Source of the DNA: the human T2T-CHM13v2.0 reference genome, Homo sapiens
Assembly (NCBI RefSeq): GCF_009914755.1
Contig: NC_060942.1
Length of the DNA stretch: 64,000 nt
Direction: 5' to 3' (one strand)
Below the pieces are notes generated by a model. The model was not told the origin of the DNA, did no database searches, and saw only the letters and a list, made by a program, of their open reading frames with translations. The position numbers and the translations under genes are program-made. Positions 1-13,590 of the stretch are shown here, piece after piece. Each line of letters starts with the position of its first letter. Positions within the stretch are counted from its first letter, which is position 1.

Positions 1-330
1 TTGTGGAATATGCAGCAGGAACAAAATAGACATGGTCCCTGACCTAACAAAGCCCACAGTCTATGGGAGAGGTAGACAATAAACAAATACACACAAAAAG
101 TAAGTATATAATTGCAATTAAAAAAAAAAAAAGCAAAAACAAAACCAAAAAGGCCCTGAGTTTTCTGAGAGACTCTTGGGGATGGGGGTAGGGAGCATTG
201 AATTAAAGATCGACTTCCCTGAGGAAGTGACAGTTGATCTGAAACCTAAGGGATAAGAAGAACTTCGTAGAAGATGTGTAATTAGGGCATATGCCAACAT
301 CAACCACGCTGGCAATGGAATTGGCTTAGC
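1..330 (-). mobile_element. L2 LINE fossil (3' region, antisense)
   Basis: gaacaaaatagacatggtccctgacc...cccacagtctatgggagaggtagacaataaacaa resembles the reverse complement of the L2 3' region; edges approximate. Confidence 0.6.
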
Positions 331-569
331 ATACGGAGAAAAGCTCCTGTGCATGCGAATGAAGATTGACATTTCCAAAAACGTTGCTTTGTTTACAAAA
401 ATAAAATGAATGCTTAGTGGTCTTCAGGCAGAAACATACCAATGAAGTAGGAATAACTCTGACCAAACTCAAAGTCTGGTTTGTTGTCAAAGTCAAAAAA
501 TTCATCTCCCAATAGTGAAATACATATATATACATATTTGTCTTATTCTCATGCTGAGTTTTAAAATGA

Positions 570-893
<324 letters not shown>

Positions 894-942
894 TCCAAAG
901 ACTCTTTCTATAGCTTTCTTTAGTAGTCTACTCTAATACTGA

Positions 943-1350
<408 letters not shown>

Positions 1351-1504
1351 TAATCATCATGTCTGCGTACAAGTCTATTTATAATGTTGAAGATTATCAG
1401 CAAAATTTTTTTCTATCTCCTCTAGAACATATAGTTCATTATGAGTGTAGAATGTTATTCTACACTCTGTTCTAGTCTTTATTACTAGGAAATTGACATT
1501 AAAA

Positions 1505-1577
1505 ATATATACATATATGTGTATATATATATATGAAAGTGTGTATATATATATGTGTGTGTGTCACTCACACACAT
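1505..1577. repeat. (TA)n/(TG)n/(CA)n compound microsatellite
   Basis: atatatacatatatgtgtatatatatat...gtgtgtgtgtcactcacacaca. Confidence 0.85.
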
Positions 1578-1716
1578 AAATAATGCTGGACCTAAAAATA
1601 AAGATAGTCAGATTGTTAATAATGAGTTCACAGTTTAACTTGTGAAATGGACAAAAACTGTCATCTACAAAATATCCCTATAGCAATGCCATCTAGCAGT
1701 ATAAAGTATTATTGCT

Positions 1717-2021
1717 GGCCAGCCGTGGTGGCTCACGCCTGTAATCCCAGCACTTTGGGAGGCCAAGACGGGCAGATGACCTGAGGTCAGGAGCTCGAGA
1801 CCACCCTGGCCAACGTGGGAAAATTCCGTCTCCACAAAAAGTTAGCCTGGCGCGGTGGCGGGTGCCTGTAATCCCAGCTACTTGATAAGCTGAGGCAGAA
1901 GAATCACTTGAACCAGGAAGCAGAGGTTGCAGTGAGCCAAGATTGTGCCACTGCACTCCAGCCTGGGCAACAGAGTGAGACTCCACCTCAAAAAAAAAAA
2001 AAATGTTTTTTAATAAATAAA
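1717..2021 (+). mobile_element. Alu (AluSx-like) with 16-bp TSD
   Basis: ggccagccgtggtggctcacgcctgtaatcccagc...A-tail; TSD ataaagtattattgct at 1701-1716 and 2022-2037. Confidence 0.97.
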
Positions 2022-3099
2022 ATAAAGTATTATTGCTTCTCCTTGATCATTTCCTAAGCCTGTTCTCTCTTTTCATATTCCTTTTTTTTTTTTTCCCTTC
2101 TGGCCTGGCGCCACACTTGCATTACCAGGGTCATACATTTATATTTCTAGCCTAAACCTTTTGGTAATCTCTTTTCTCTCTTATGAATTACCACCACATG
2201 CTCTTAGCATTAACATTTCCCTCCTACATTTATTCATTAGTCCTCTCTCATTGAAAACCAAATTCCTTACCTGAAAAACAGTAAACAGAGGTGTTCCTGA
2301 AATGCAATATTACTTTAATATAATTATATAATTGTATCTATATTGTGCTTGTGATTTTTCTGTGTTTATATGCCTGCTCAATTTCCATCTTGTTTCTCTA
2401 TTACCATATCTGTGCAATGTGCTTATAAAAGCTGTCAAAACAACACAACATACAAACTCAGAACAGGTCCAGTGAACTGTTTCAGCTGCTTTTTCTTCTC
2501 ATTTCCTTCCACTCGCTTCAGGAATCCTTGGGCTTTGACAGTGGGAATTGCAAAACCCTCAGGGCAAGTCCCTTTGTGGCTCATTCTGCATCTTATTTAG
2601 TGCTGGTGTCCAGAGGCTATAAGTAATTCCGAACAGGCCCATGTCACAGCTGGCTCAGGTGACTCACAACATCATTCACATTTGTCGATATTCTCCCTAA
2701 CGTCTCCGGAATCAGGTGTCAGTCATCAAGAACTAACACAGCACGTAGAGAGTTCAGCAACACCAGAGTTCAGTCCCCAGCGCCAGCGTGTGGATATCTT
2801 AATGAGACCAAATTTGGGGCTCGGTGAACGACTCTCCATTCTCCACTCAGAATAAAAGAAAAACCTTCAAGTGTAGTAGGATGGATTCAAGTTAGATTCA
2901 AAGATAAGTCCCCTGAGAACATGGGTTGGTAAACACTGGAACGTGTTACCAAAGGAGGCAGAAGAATATATTTTCCTTAGTGGGTGTTTGTTTATCTTTC
3001 TTAAGTCCGTTTTCACCAGTGTCTGGACTTGCTGACAGATGGTTCTGCTCAAACCCAGGGAAACAGACTTGATGACCTTTGATGTACACTTGGAATGCT

Positions 3100-3670
3100 C
3101 AGAGCTCTCTTTAAATGTCACTTCTCTACAGAATCCTTCCCATCCTACCTATTCTAATTATATTGCCCCTCTTTAACTTTCTCCTATTACCCTGTTATTT
3201 TCCTTCCCACCTCTTATAATGACTTGTAATTATACATTTATATACTTGTTTTTTTCCTTTGGAGAGCTGGTTGTTAAACATTTGCCAGCACACCACACCA
3301 CTGCTCCTAATTGTTCTTCCCGCTTCCGCTTTAGCTCCCACATAGCCACCAAATTGAGCCTCTAAATATTTGAATCAGCTTGAGCTATTCCTCTGCTCAG
3401 TCACTTCCAGTTGCTTCCCATCTCACTTCGTCAAAAGCCAAGATTCTTACCCTGGCTAAAAAGTCCCCAAGCCATCTGCCGAGCCCCATTCTCCATATTT
3501 TTCTGATCCAGTCCTCTTTCCCCATGGCTGCTCTGCTCCAGCCATTCTTCAGTCCTGCAGTTCCTCAAACACCAGAGCAGGCTCTGCCTCAGGGTCACTG
3601 AATATGCTTTTCTCTTCCTGGAAAACTTTCCCCCAGACAGAAACTTGGCTCCCTCCCTCACTTCAAGCAT
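3100..3670 (+). mobile_element. L2 fossil fragments
   Basis: aaatgtcacttctct...; ctctgctcagtcacttccagttgcttcccatctcactt...gttcctcaaacacc...ctgcctcagg are L2 3'-region motifs. Confidence 0.55.
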
Positions 3671-3688
3671 CTTGGTTTTCTAATTCTT

Positions 3689-3816
3689 TGCAGTGGCTCA
3701 GGCCTGCAATTCTAGCACTTTGGGAGGCCAAGACAGGAGGATCACTTGAGGCCAGGAGTTCAACACCAGCCTGGGCAACATAGCAAAACCCCATCTTCAC
3801 AAAAAAATAAAACAAA
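3689..3816 (+). mobile_element. Free left Alu monomer (FLAM_C-like)
   Basis: gcagtggctcaggcctgcaattctagcactttgggaggcc...cctgggcaacatagcaaaaccccatct then A-rich tail, no right arm. Confidence 0.85.
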
Positions 3817-3829
3817 GTTCTGTGCAAGA

Positions 3830-4070
3830 AACATCTTGGATCTGGCTGGCCTTATTTCCTCAGGCCAAAAGAAAGTCACGAATATGACAGTGTGCCAGTT
3901 TGAGGCTTAGGCTCAAAAGGTCTGAATGCTTTTCTGCTTTTTGTTTCAGAACCCTGCCCTCTTTATGTGAACTAGCCCACTCTAGTCTGCTGGAGGAGGA
4001 GACACCATAGGGAGGAAAACCAAAGTGCCCCACTTGACAGCCAGCTCACACCAGAAGCTGAGATGTGCTG
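3830..4070 (+). mobile_element. MLT1 (MaLR) LTR fragment
   Basis: gacagtgtgccagttttgaggcttaggctcaaaagg...tgacagccagc resembles MLT1F/G/H. Confidence 0.5.
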
Positions 4071-5137
4071 GAAACATAAAATACACAGAGAGTTTAGAAT
4101 ATCCAGTACCAAAAAAAATACATACTTCAATAACAAACTAGAAACTATGTGCAGACAATAACCTTTACCACAAGATACTTCCCACAGAGTTGTATTGTTT
4201 GTTTGTTTTTGCATGGTTTGGGTTTTTGGGTTTTTCTTTTTGTTTTGGTAATGTCATATTTTTTCTTCTAATCTAAAGTGGACTAAGCTATCAAAGTGCA
4301 AGACCAAATTTGTGCTTGACAATTTCCTTTCTGTGTTACATACTTACCATGTTTGGGTTGTGCTATGGATTTTCTACATGGCATCAATTGGTCTTCGTAA
4401 TGCCCTATGCTCTGTTCTGGTTGCTAAAGTAAAGAGAAAGCCTCAAATGAGCACTGAGAAGTCTATCATGCATCACTTTTTCAACTTTCCAATTTCTATT
4501 TGCTCCTGTATTCTCCATACTTCTCTGTCCTCTCTTTTGTTTAAAATCTCATTTAGCATTCTCTTGAGGGCAGAACATGAGATTACAATCTAACTATTGT
4601 AATGAGAATGGGTTAAGTTGGTGCCGTTTCCCATTTTCATTACAATCTTGGTGGCAAGAATAATGTAACAGAATTTTTAATGCCTCATATATTACATGAA
4701 CATTTTCCCGTGAGCTCCTACTCCTTTTCTGCGGACAGCAGCATGGCTGGTGCTATAGGACTTTGATCTTTTTATATTCTGCATTATAATCAATTGGCCA
4801 TTTCACCCCTTCCCCATAGATTACAGTCACACAAGTAAAAAATATTTTGATCTATAGCATACCACTGCATCTCATGACTATAAAATCCTGTCACCTGAAG
4901 ACCACTACCTGCAAAATGCATGGAGCCTCTGAGTCAAATTGGACAGAAGGCACAATCCAGGTGTCTTTACGGGCAGGTACTTCTCTGAAAGGCACTCTGG
5001 GAATAGTAGTTTTATAATTTAAAGCACAAGTGTACAGAGTGTGCTTGAACCCAGGAGGCAGAGGTTAAATATCAGGACTTCCTGGAAAACTGGACTTTGA
5101 ACTCTGAGATGCTCACCCTCCAAATGGAAAGCCTCAC

Positions 5138-5312
5138 AGGTTCTTGTTATTCCAAGTGTGGTCCTCTGACCAATAGCATCAGCATCACCTGGCAATATGG
5201 GAAAAGTGCAAAATCTCAGGCCTCGGCCAGCCCAAACCTCCTGAATTAGAATCTGCATTTTGACAAGAGCTCCAGGTGTCTGGTCTACACTACAGAGTTT
5301 GGGAAGACCTGC
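5138..5312. mobile_element. MER5A hAT-Charlie MITE
   Basis: aagtgtggtcc...agcatcagcatcacctgg...gcaaaatctcaggcc...gaattagaatctgcattttgacaag...ccaggtg...agtttgggaagacctg. Confidence 0.85.
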
Positions 5313-5478
5313 CTTAGAGTTTCTTATAGAGTACACATCATACAGAAATTCAAAAGCAGCTCCCCTCTTCCTGAGTAATCCCCAACACTTACTTTGGGTG
5401 CCTTGTCAAGGGCTGGGCCCTGGGATCCCAGAGCCCCCTCTCCTGGCTTCCCAGAATCTTCCCAGACTCTCCCTGTGA

Positions 5479-5847
<369 letters not shown>

Positions 5848-8369
5848 TCTGGGTTACACTTTCTAGGGGACTAAAACCTTTTGACTGCTCCTCAAATGGC
5901 CTTTCAAGCAGAAACATCTTCATCCAAATCTTAGCTCTGTCGATCTTGCTCTGTGCAATCTTGTGACGATAATGATATTTACTATATTAGTTAGAGAGTA
6001 AGAACAAACTGCTGTCATGAAGAGATCCCCAAAACACAATGGTCCAAACCAGATAGAAATGTCCTCATTTCGTGGGTAACCCACAATGGAAGTCAGCTTG
6101 GCTACCCCCCTGTTTTGGACAGTGAGGCTTTCCCCAGCACATTTCTTCATGATTCACTTAGAGCATTATCTTTGTCTGCCTGGTTTAAGCCTTGTTGCAG
6201 CAGGCAGAAAGAGGAAAGGGACTTCACAGTGGGGTCCCACCCAGCTGGGAGGTGTTGCCCCGCTCCAGGTCCATGACCATGGAAGCAGCTGGGCATCTGA
6301 GTGGGCAGCTGTAGTCCCTTCCCCAATCCCCTAGCAGGGTGATTTTAGAGGCAAACAGGATTATGAAGATAGATCGTGTAGCACACTGCCTGGCACCCAT
6401 CACATTAGGTATTCAATAATGGTAACTATTATTCTTATCATCTTATTATTGGCCTTCCTGGTAATTCCTCCTCTTGCTATTTATCAAGTCTGTTCAAAAC
6501 CTCACTCATGAAATAGAAAGTAAACAAATTTCTTTTTTTTTTTTGATATTGAACTTTATTTATTGTACCACATTGCATTGAAAATTTGGTTTAAAAATGT
6601 CTCATGAACAGCAACAATCCTGAATTTGTAACTTTCCTGAATTATAGCTAAATGTCTATATTCAGCTTTGAGCAGTTTTAGTAAATCAAATCAAATGTAA
6701 CAATTATGATTATCCCTATTGATGTTCTAACATTGTGACGTCCACAAGGGAAGAGAGTTCAGAAAGTGAACACATTTCAACCCGCCCTTTTGAAGGGACC
6801 CACTGATGCCTCAGATCAAATCACAGTGGCTTAAAGTCAGGTTTGTGTGACTTTGGCACCAACTTGGAAATGGCTTGGTCACCAGAGAGGTTAACAAACA
6901 ACTGTCCCATATATACCACATTTATCTTCCACATCTGTATGTCTTCTGTCACAGCAGCATTTGATACAGGGCTTGGAGTGCTTGTGGTTCATCAGTGGTG
7001 GGAGAGGTCTTTGGTGAAAGGGCGTGAGGTAGTCTGATCCCACAGGGAACTCTGGAAAAGGAGCAGGAGCAGGAGCAGGACTTGTACTACAAAATCAGTC
7101 CCCTTTGTACTCCGGTTCCAGGCAGCTTATGGCTGCAGGCCACAGGCTTCATGGGCAGTGAGCTCAATGTCCCTAACAGCCAACTTTGTAGCAACTTAGG
7201 AGATGACTGCCACAGCCTGTTAAAGGAGATGTGGGCCGTGCCCATCAGCAACCATTTTCTGCGGATGTTTGCTGCTTACTTTCGCCGTGTTAGAGAAACA
7301 AAGTACTGGGCCAAATCAGAGTAGAAAAAAGTTCTTATCTAGATGATTGGATCAGGAAAGGTTTTTGTCTCACTGTCACAGACTAAACTTCTCACTCCAG
7401 CCATCACTTGGCCACAGGGGCATCATAAGAAACATGCAAATTTTCACTACTACTGGAAAAGTGATTCCTACCACAACAAGAAAAAATGTTTTCTGCAAAT
7501 AGGCATCCAAGCTACTTGTTATTATTTAACCTGTTAATGCAGTACCACTCTTCAGAAGCAACCTAGGTAATTAACACATTGCATGGACCCCAAACAAGAA
7601 CATGGGTTGATTCAAATCACCACCTTTAACATATTTTCAAAACCATCTGAGAAGGATTTGGGGGAACGATTCAAGGCATTCTTAATCACTGCCTACTGTC
7701 CAACTTCCTTTATATAACACCTCTTAGATCTAAACCGAATTCTCCCTTCCCAGTACCCCTTTCCAAGGCCTTATGTCTTCATACCTAGATCAGTATAGTT
7801 TCACCTGCCACTAACTCTGGGACAAATCCCAAGGACTAGCTCCATCTCGAGTCAGCCTGAGCTTGGACACTGGTCCTGGGCTTTGTCTTGTTCTTTGTGT
7901 ACAGGACATCATCTACCCCAGTTCCGGAAATGAGACCAATACTTTCTCCAATGCCTGATTTCCTGCTTTAGTTCCCACTTAGATGCCCCAGGTCCCTTAG
8001 GAATAGGTCCTTGTGCCCCTGAGTCCATTTGGAGATTTGCCCACTCACCAGTCCTGTGGCTTCCTGCTGCCTAGTGACAGCCTCCTTGGGCCACATGCCA
8101 CATGCCCACTCACCTGCCTGCCTGCATCTGCACCTAAGGTCGACTGCCAGACAGCTCTCCTTCCCACAGAATGGGAAGAACAGATGGAATAGTCTTGACA
8201 AAGTGGTGTAAAGAGAGAAAATGCCAGCTACACTGCAATAGGAAATGAGAGTTAAACTCCTTTATGAGAAAAGGGAGTTGCTAAAAATGGAGGCCATGGA
8301 AAGGGGGAGGCTGCCCTCCTTCCATCCTGATGGTTGCTGTCAGTGGGACTGCAGAACACAGCCATTGAG

Positions 8370-8610
8370 GGCTTGTGTCCTGGGATGAGACCTGACTTAC
8401 AGCCCAGCGCACCACTCACTAACAGCTAAGAGAGGACAAACACATCACCCACCAGGTTCAGGTCCCCATCTGTAAAGTAGGAGTAATAGCACTCTGTCCT
8501 CCCAGCTACTTCTCTTGCTGGAATTCAAAGAGATACAATATGTAAAGTCTCTTACAATTGTTCCTTAAGCATAGGCCTGATACACAAGAAATGCTCAATA
8601 AATAGTAATA
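8370..8610 (+). mobile_element. MIR SINE fossil
   Basis: ccccatctgtaaagtaggagtaatagcac...atgtaaagt...tgctcaataaatagta. Confidence 0.6.
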
Positions 8611-9916
8611 TGCATCAGTTCCAGAGGAAGAGATACACGTAGAGTAGATTTTTTGTAGGGGAGAGAGAAGATCACGTATTTAGAATAAAAGCCTAGGCTA
8701 GATGATTCAGCTTGTAAAAGATCAATAAATTCAGAAAACGTGGAAGTGACAGAAATCAGCAAGGTGAAAACTGGAGCAGAAATCTGAGTCCAGAGCAGAA
8801 AGAAGAGTGCAAGAATGGCAGCCTTGGGATTGGGAGTGTTGGGAGACGCAGATCAGCAGGTTGAGGAGGAAAGCTGAAATTGAACCAGAAAGGTCGGAGA
8901 GCTAGGGGGAGTGGGACCCGGCTGTGGTTTAGGGAATAAATGCACTGTAAAATGCCCCCAAGGCAGCAGAGAAAGCTATGAGAGAAAAAGGAAAGGGGAA
9001 TCGAAGAATAGGGCACATTTTATTGGAAGGGCAGTGAATAGAGGGAGGCTCAACAAAGTATTCGAAGCAATTGGGGGAAGAGAGAGAATGATAGGGAAGT
9101 CCACAGAGGGAGAGGTAAACAAGCAGTCAGCTGTGATAGAGAGAAGAGGCAATGAAGAAACATAATAATATATAATGCTATTTCGAAACAACAGCTGGGA
9201 ATAGGGAATTCATAGCGAAGCGATAAATACCAGCAATGAGGGAAGTAAATACCATTAAAATGCACAATAGTTAATAACAATGAAGCCAAAGTGGGGGGAG
9301 CAATTAATAAATTAACAAACAATAACATAAAGTTTAAAATGAACAGAGGGAAAAACAAGGTTACAAGTATGACCAGTTAGTGAGAGAAGGGCAGGGTTCC
9401 TTGGAGGAGTAACAGGGAAGGATGATTCAACTGTATTGCAGAAGTACAGGCTCCAGGCTCTGCACAGCTAAGAGAGGAGAGGACAGGGTCCATTCAAACA
9501 CAAACAAATGGATGGAAGAGCGGTGCATAGCAAATGCTGCTCCCAGCTCTCTCCACATTGCTGCGGTCCCCATAGCTACTCATCTACCACCATCACAAAT
9601 AAAAATGGCCTCAGGGAACGGCTGCCTAGATTGTGCTGCTAATGGTGCACAAATATGTAAGACTTTATTCTAAAGGTGGTCTCTAAAAATAACGACTAGG
9701 GAACTGTCTTAAAAATGTAGATCCTGGAGCAGGTCACAGACCTCATTCTGAGATTCAGTGTCTTCTCTGCTCCCAAGCCACATCTCCACCTCAATACATC
9801 TTTCTGAGTGGTATTGGGAGTGAGTAGGAATCCCCAAGCCCAGGTAGGGAGTCCCTAGTAACCATATTGACTCCCATCAGTCGTGATTTCATAGACCTGA
9901 AAGCCTCAGTCATCAT

Positions 9917-10240
9917 GAGAGCATCTCACCCTCAGGATAGTTTCTACCTATATGGTTTCCTTTAAATATTTCTCTGCTTTTTTAACACAAATCTTGAATT
10001 TAGAAGGGCTTCATTTCTTTTCCAAAGCACAAGTAAAGGCTTCTGTAATTTTGGGTCAGATAATATTTTCTACTCCTGGGAGAGCACCTCACCCTCAGGA
10101 AAGTTTCTACCCATATGGTTTTTAAATATTTCTCTACTTTTCTAACATAATTCTTGAATTTAGAAGGGCTTCATTTCTTTTCCAAAGCACAAGTAAAGGC
10201 TTCCGTAATCTTGGGTCAGATAATATTTTCTACTCCAGGG
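9917..10240. repeat. Tandem duplication, 2 copies of ~160-163 bp
   Basis: Copy 1 9917-10079, copy 2 10080-10240; about 10 substitutions and one 3-bp indel by eye. Confidence 0.95.
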
Positions 10241-11160
10241 AACACCTACAAAGCAAGAAAAAAAAAAAAAAAGCTTCAGCCAAGTTGGAGAGATGGACAG
10301 TGAAAAGAATAGAAGCTGGCTGGGTTGGACTTGATAGGCCAGTTTTCCCTCTTGTTTTAAGAAACGTGTCCCTTTTCCATTTTTGTGTGATATCAGGTTG
10401 CTATTCTTGGGGCATTTTCCCAGAGATAAGTTTCTAGAAGACAACGTCAATTTATTATGCTTCTTTGCCTGCCTCACAGCACCCCCTGTCTGTTTTTCCA
10501 CTTTGTTTTACCTACTCTCCTCCCATCTTAACGCCCAGCATCTCCTGTTCAACCAGGATTTAATAAGCAAAGACCTGCTGTTGGCTCTGTCACAGACTGA
10601 GAAGCTCTAGTTCTCCAAAACAGCTCCAACTGGATGGAGAGTTCCTGAGCAACTACATTCCCAACTTGCAGTTCAACAGTGAGAATGATAAGAAATCAGA
10701 AGAAGAAAATAAGAAAACTAGACCCTAAAAAGAAACAGGTGGTACACAGTGCAGATAATTCCAGGGTTAGCAGGGAAAGGATAAAAGGCAAGAGACAGAG
10801 GAAAAGGGAAATTGGAATAATTGGCCTAAAGAAGAGGGAAAGGGAAGAAAACAAAAAGGTAAGGAAAGGAAGAAAAGGGGAACAAGGAGAAAATGACACA
10901 TCGAGGCTTTCCAAAGAATAAAGAATGCCAAGAAAAAAAAAATACCAAGATGGTGTTACTTTTATATTTGCATAAAAAGAATGTTAATGATAATCCATAT
11001 GTAATTAGAACTTGAATTTGGTTCAAGTACCCAAATCAAGTAATTTTTATCTTATTGTATGGGATGCATAATATGTAATATCAATTGCATTCAGTAGCGA
11101 TAAATATGAAAGAATATTTTTCTTGAATCTACTGCTGCAAAACAAACATAGCCTATCTCT

Positions 11161-11477
11161 CTTAAGGAAAAATCATTAAGTAATTATTTTGGAGGCCATT
11201 AGACTGGGGTAGCTTCAGAGCCCTGAGTTCCTACACAAGCAAACTGGAAACCACCTCAGTGAAACAGCCATCCTCTAGGCCAATCAGAAACCATCAACTA
11301 GCCTCTAACTCAGGGATTATTTACATTGCTTCCACATTCACCCTATAAAATCCTTTCCCTCTGCCCCTTCAGTAGAATGCCCAAATGCTTGCAGTCTGAA
11401 GTTGCCAGATTCATGAATTGCTGTCTGCGCAAATAAAGTATTTAAAATTTTAATATGCCTTACTTTATCTTTGAACA
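11161..11477 (+). mobile_element. Solo ERV1-class LTR (MER67-like)
   Basis: ggaggccattagactg...ccaatcagaaacc...cctataaaa...gattcatgaattgctg...aataaa...tttatctttgaaca; CCAAT, TATA and AATAAA in LTR order. Confidence 0.65.
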
Positions 11478-12289
11478 AGAACTATCCTAAAAAGAAGGAA
11501 AATCCAAGGGTATAAGTTATAGCTCAACTGTTCTGACTTCAATAAGTTCCTGTTGAGAGAAAAAAAAAAGCCTCATTTAATGGAGCAGAGGCTAAGCTTT
11601 GTTCTGGGCCCAGCACAGGATTAAACACTGTGCATTGATCATGCCTCACTGATGATCATAATAATTAACATCAATTCTGGAGGCAGTTAATAGACAGATG
11701 GGGTGACCTTTTTACTTTAGAATCTAAATTATTTGCTATTGGATAAGCAATTTGTTTTTACTGGATTGAATATGAATTAAATTAATTCTAACTACTTTAA
11801 GTTTGATACAATTGACATGCTATTGTATTGCCTTTTAATGTTAGGTTGCTTGCATGTGCTGTATTTGACTTGTATGTGGGTATAAAGAAGTCAGCTTTCT
11901 GATCTTTTTTCATGAAAAAGAAAGCCACCTTGAACAATTTTACAGTGACATCTGCCCTTATGTGAATGATAAACAGTAATAGAGGAAAGAAACAAGCGAG
12001 TAGTCAATGTCCTTATCATTAAAGAAATTGATAATGGCCTTCTGCGCTCTATGCAATTCCTTCTGGAAAGCACATTTAACAACAGCAACAATGGGTATCA
12101 CCTATATATGGGCTAAATATCTAGTGTCATCATTAATGTTCACATGAATGTCACATTCCAAGACTGCCACATTCTGAATCATCATATAATATGTAAATGG
12201 ACCATTTGTTTAGTCACATGGGCAAAAAATGGTCTGACTCCATGGGTGCACCGTTCATTCTTCTTCAGTCCCTGACAACTATTCAAATA

Positions 12290-12680
12290 CCTTGGGTGTT
12301 AGAACAGGAAGAGGCTTGGAGTCCAGCTCTACTTCAGCCATTGAGTTGTTGTGTAGTTTGGACAAATTACATCCTATCTCCCACCTGTGAAATATGAAGA
12401 GTGGTGCTCCCCTGCCCCTCCTACCTCCTGGATTTATGGAAGGATAACACGAGGCCTTAAAGGAGAAAGTGCATTGAAAACACTCTCTATGCACCATATG
12501 CCTTAAAGGTGAATATCAGTCAGAGAATAGCAATGTCAGGAGAAAATCAGCAATCATCTAGTCTAGGCTGCTGATTTCACTGATAAAGCCTCTGAGGGCT
12601 GGAGTCCAAGGTCAAACAGGTTGTTACCGATGAGCTAGGACAAACCTCTGGTCTCCTGGCTCCCCAGTCCACACTCTGCA
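12290..12680. mobile_element. Two MIR/MIR3 fragments in opposite orientation
   Basis: tttggacaaattac...cccacctgtgaaat (+) and atcatctagtcta...ccaaggtcaaacag...ggtctcctggctcccca (-). Confidence 0.5.
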
Positions 12681-12909
12681 CTACTCCACTTACTTAATTA
12701 TTGGTCATCCTGTTTTGCCATATTACACAATTAACCTAAAATATCAGTGTTAAATTGTCTTTCAACATCAATATTGTAAAATAATTTTACTAAAGTCATC
12801 TAATTATGTGACTAATATTTCTTTAATGAAGCAATGATATTTTAGAATAGCAAAAATGTTGATTTCCAGTATGCTGAGTGTCCCTATCTAAAGTCACACT
12901 GTGAAATAT

Positions 12910-13590
12910 TAGCTAATACTTCTTGAGCACTTTACAGTGTGCCTGACTGTCCTAAGGGTTTCTCATGATCTCATTTAGTCTGGTCAATAATCCTACGACG
13001 TTCACACTTTATTATTCTTCTCTTAAAGAGGAGGAAACTTCATGTGCTCATTCATGCACACTGCTTGCTTCATTTTGCAGGGAGACTGAGCCCAGTAAAC
13101 TTAACTTCCCTGCCTCCTCTGCCAGGGGCTTCTGGGTGGGGTCAGCCAATGATAGGCACTGGCAGGCGCGGACAGCAGCAAGGCAGGAATCAGGGTATTT
13201 CACCTCCCTCCCCTGGGTGGCGCACTTTCTCTCAAAGGGGCTGTTTCTCAGTGGTTCCAGCTCTTGCTGGACAGTCCCTCCCTTCCAGGGTCCTCACTCT
13301 CCCACTCCATCCTCGTCCCTGTTATCACTCTCTCTCATCCTTTTCTCCCTCTAGTACTAGTAGTACAAATCTTGGTGCTGCCTCACTATTTCCTACTGAA
13401 CTTTTAGCCCCTCTAACACCCTTGTACGTAGTTCCCCACATTGCATTCCCTCTGTTGAACTACTTGGTATTTTCCTGATTGGACACTGACTGATTATAGG
13501 CTTCCGGAAGCACATAACTTAAAGTTACAGAGCATGGGCTGAGTTTGAATTGGGGCCGTCGGATTGCCAAGTCTCTGCCCAGTCTCTGCC
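12910..13590 (-). mobile_element. MIR split in two by an ERVL LTR
   Basis: ttgagcactttacagtgtgcc...atctcatttagtc...gaggaaact (to ~13040) resumes at ~13499 ggcttccggaag...aagttacagagc...tttgaa. Confidence 0.6.
13041..13498 (-). mobile_element. ERVL LTR (LTR33/LTR41-like)
   Basis: ttccctgcctcctctgccaggggcttctgggtggggtcagccaatgataggcactggcagg and terminus tttcctgattggacactgactgattata. Confidence 0.6.

Noticed and set aside
1686-1701. CTCF-like words (also ~15103, ~29010, ~54830)
   Set aside because: Each deviates at core positions; expected by chance in 64 kb.
9917-10240. Tandem duplication as a CRISPR-like array
   Set aside because: Two long adjacent copies with no spacers, in eukaryotic DNA.
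10670-10940. Lys/Arg-rich ORF
   Set aside because: Purine-rich low-complexity DNA.
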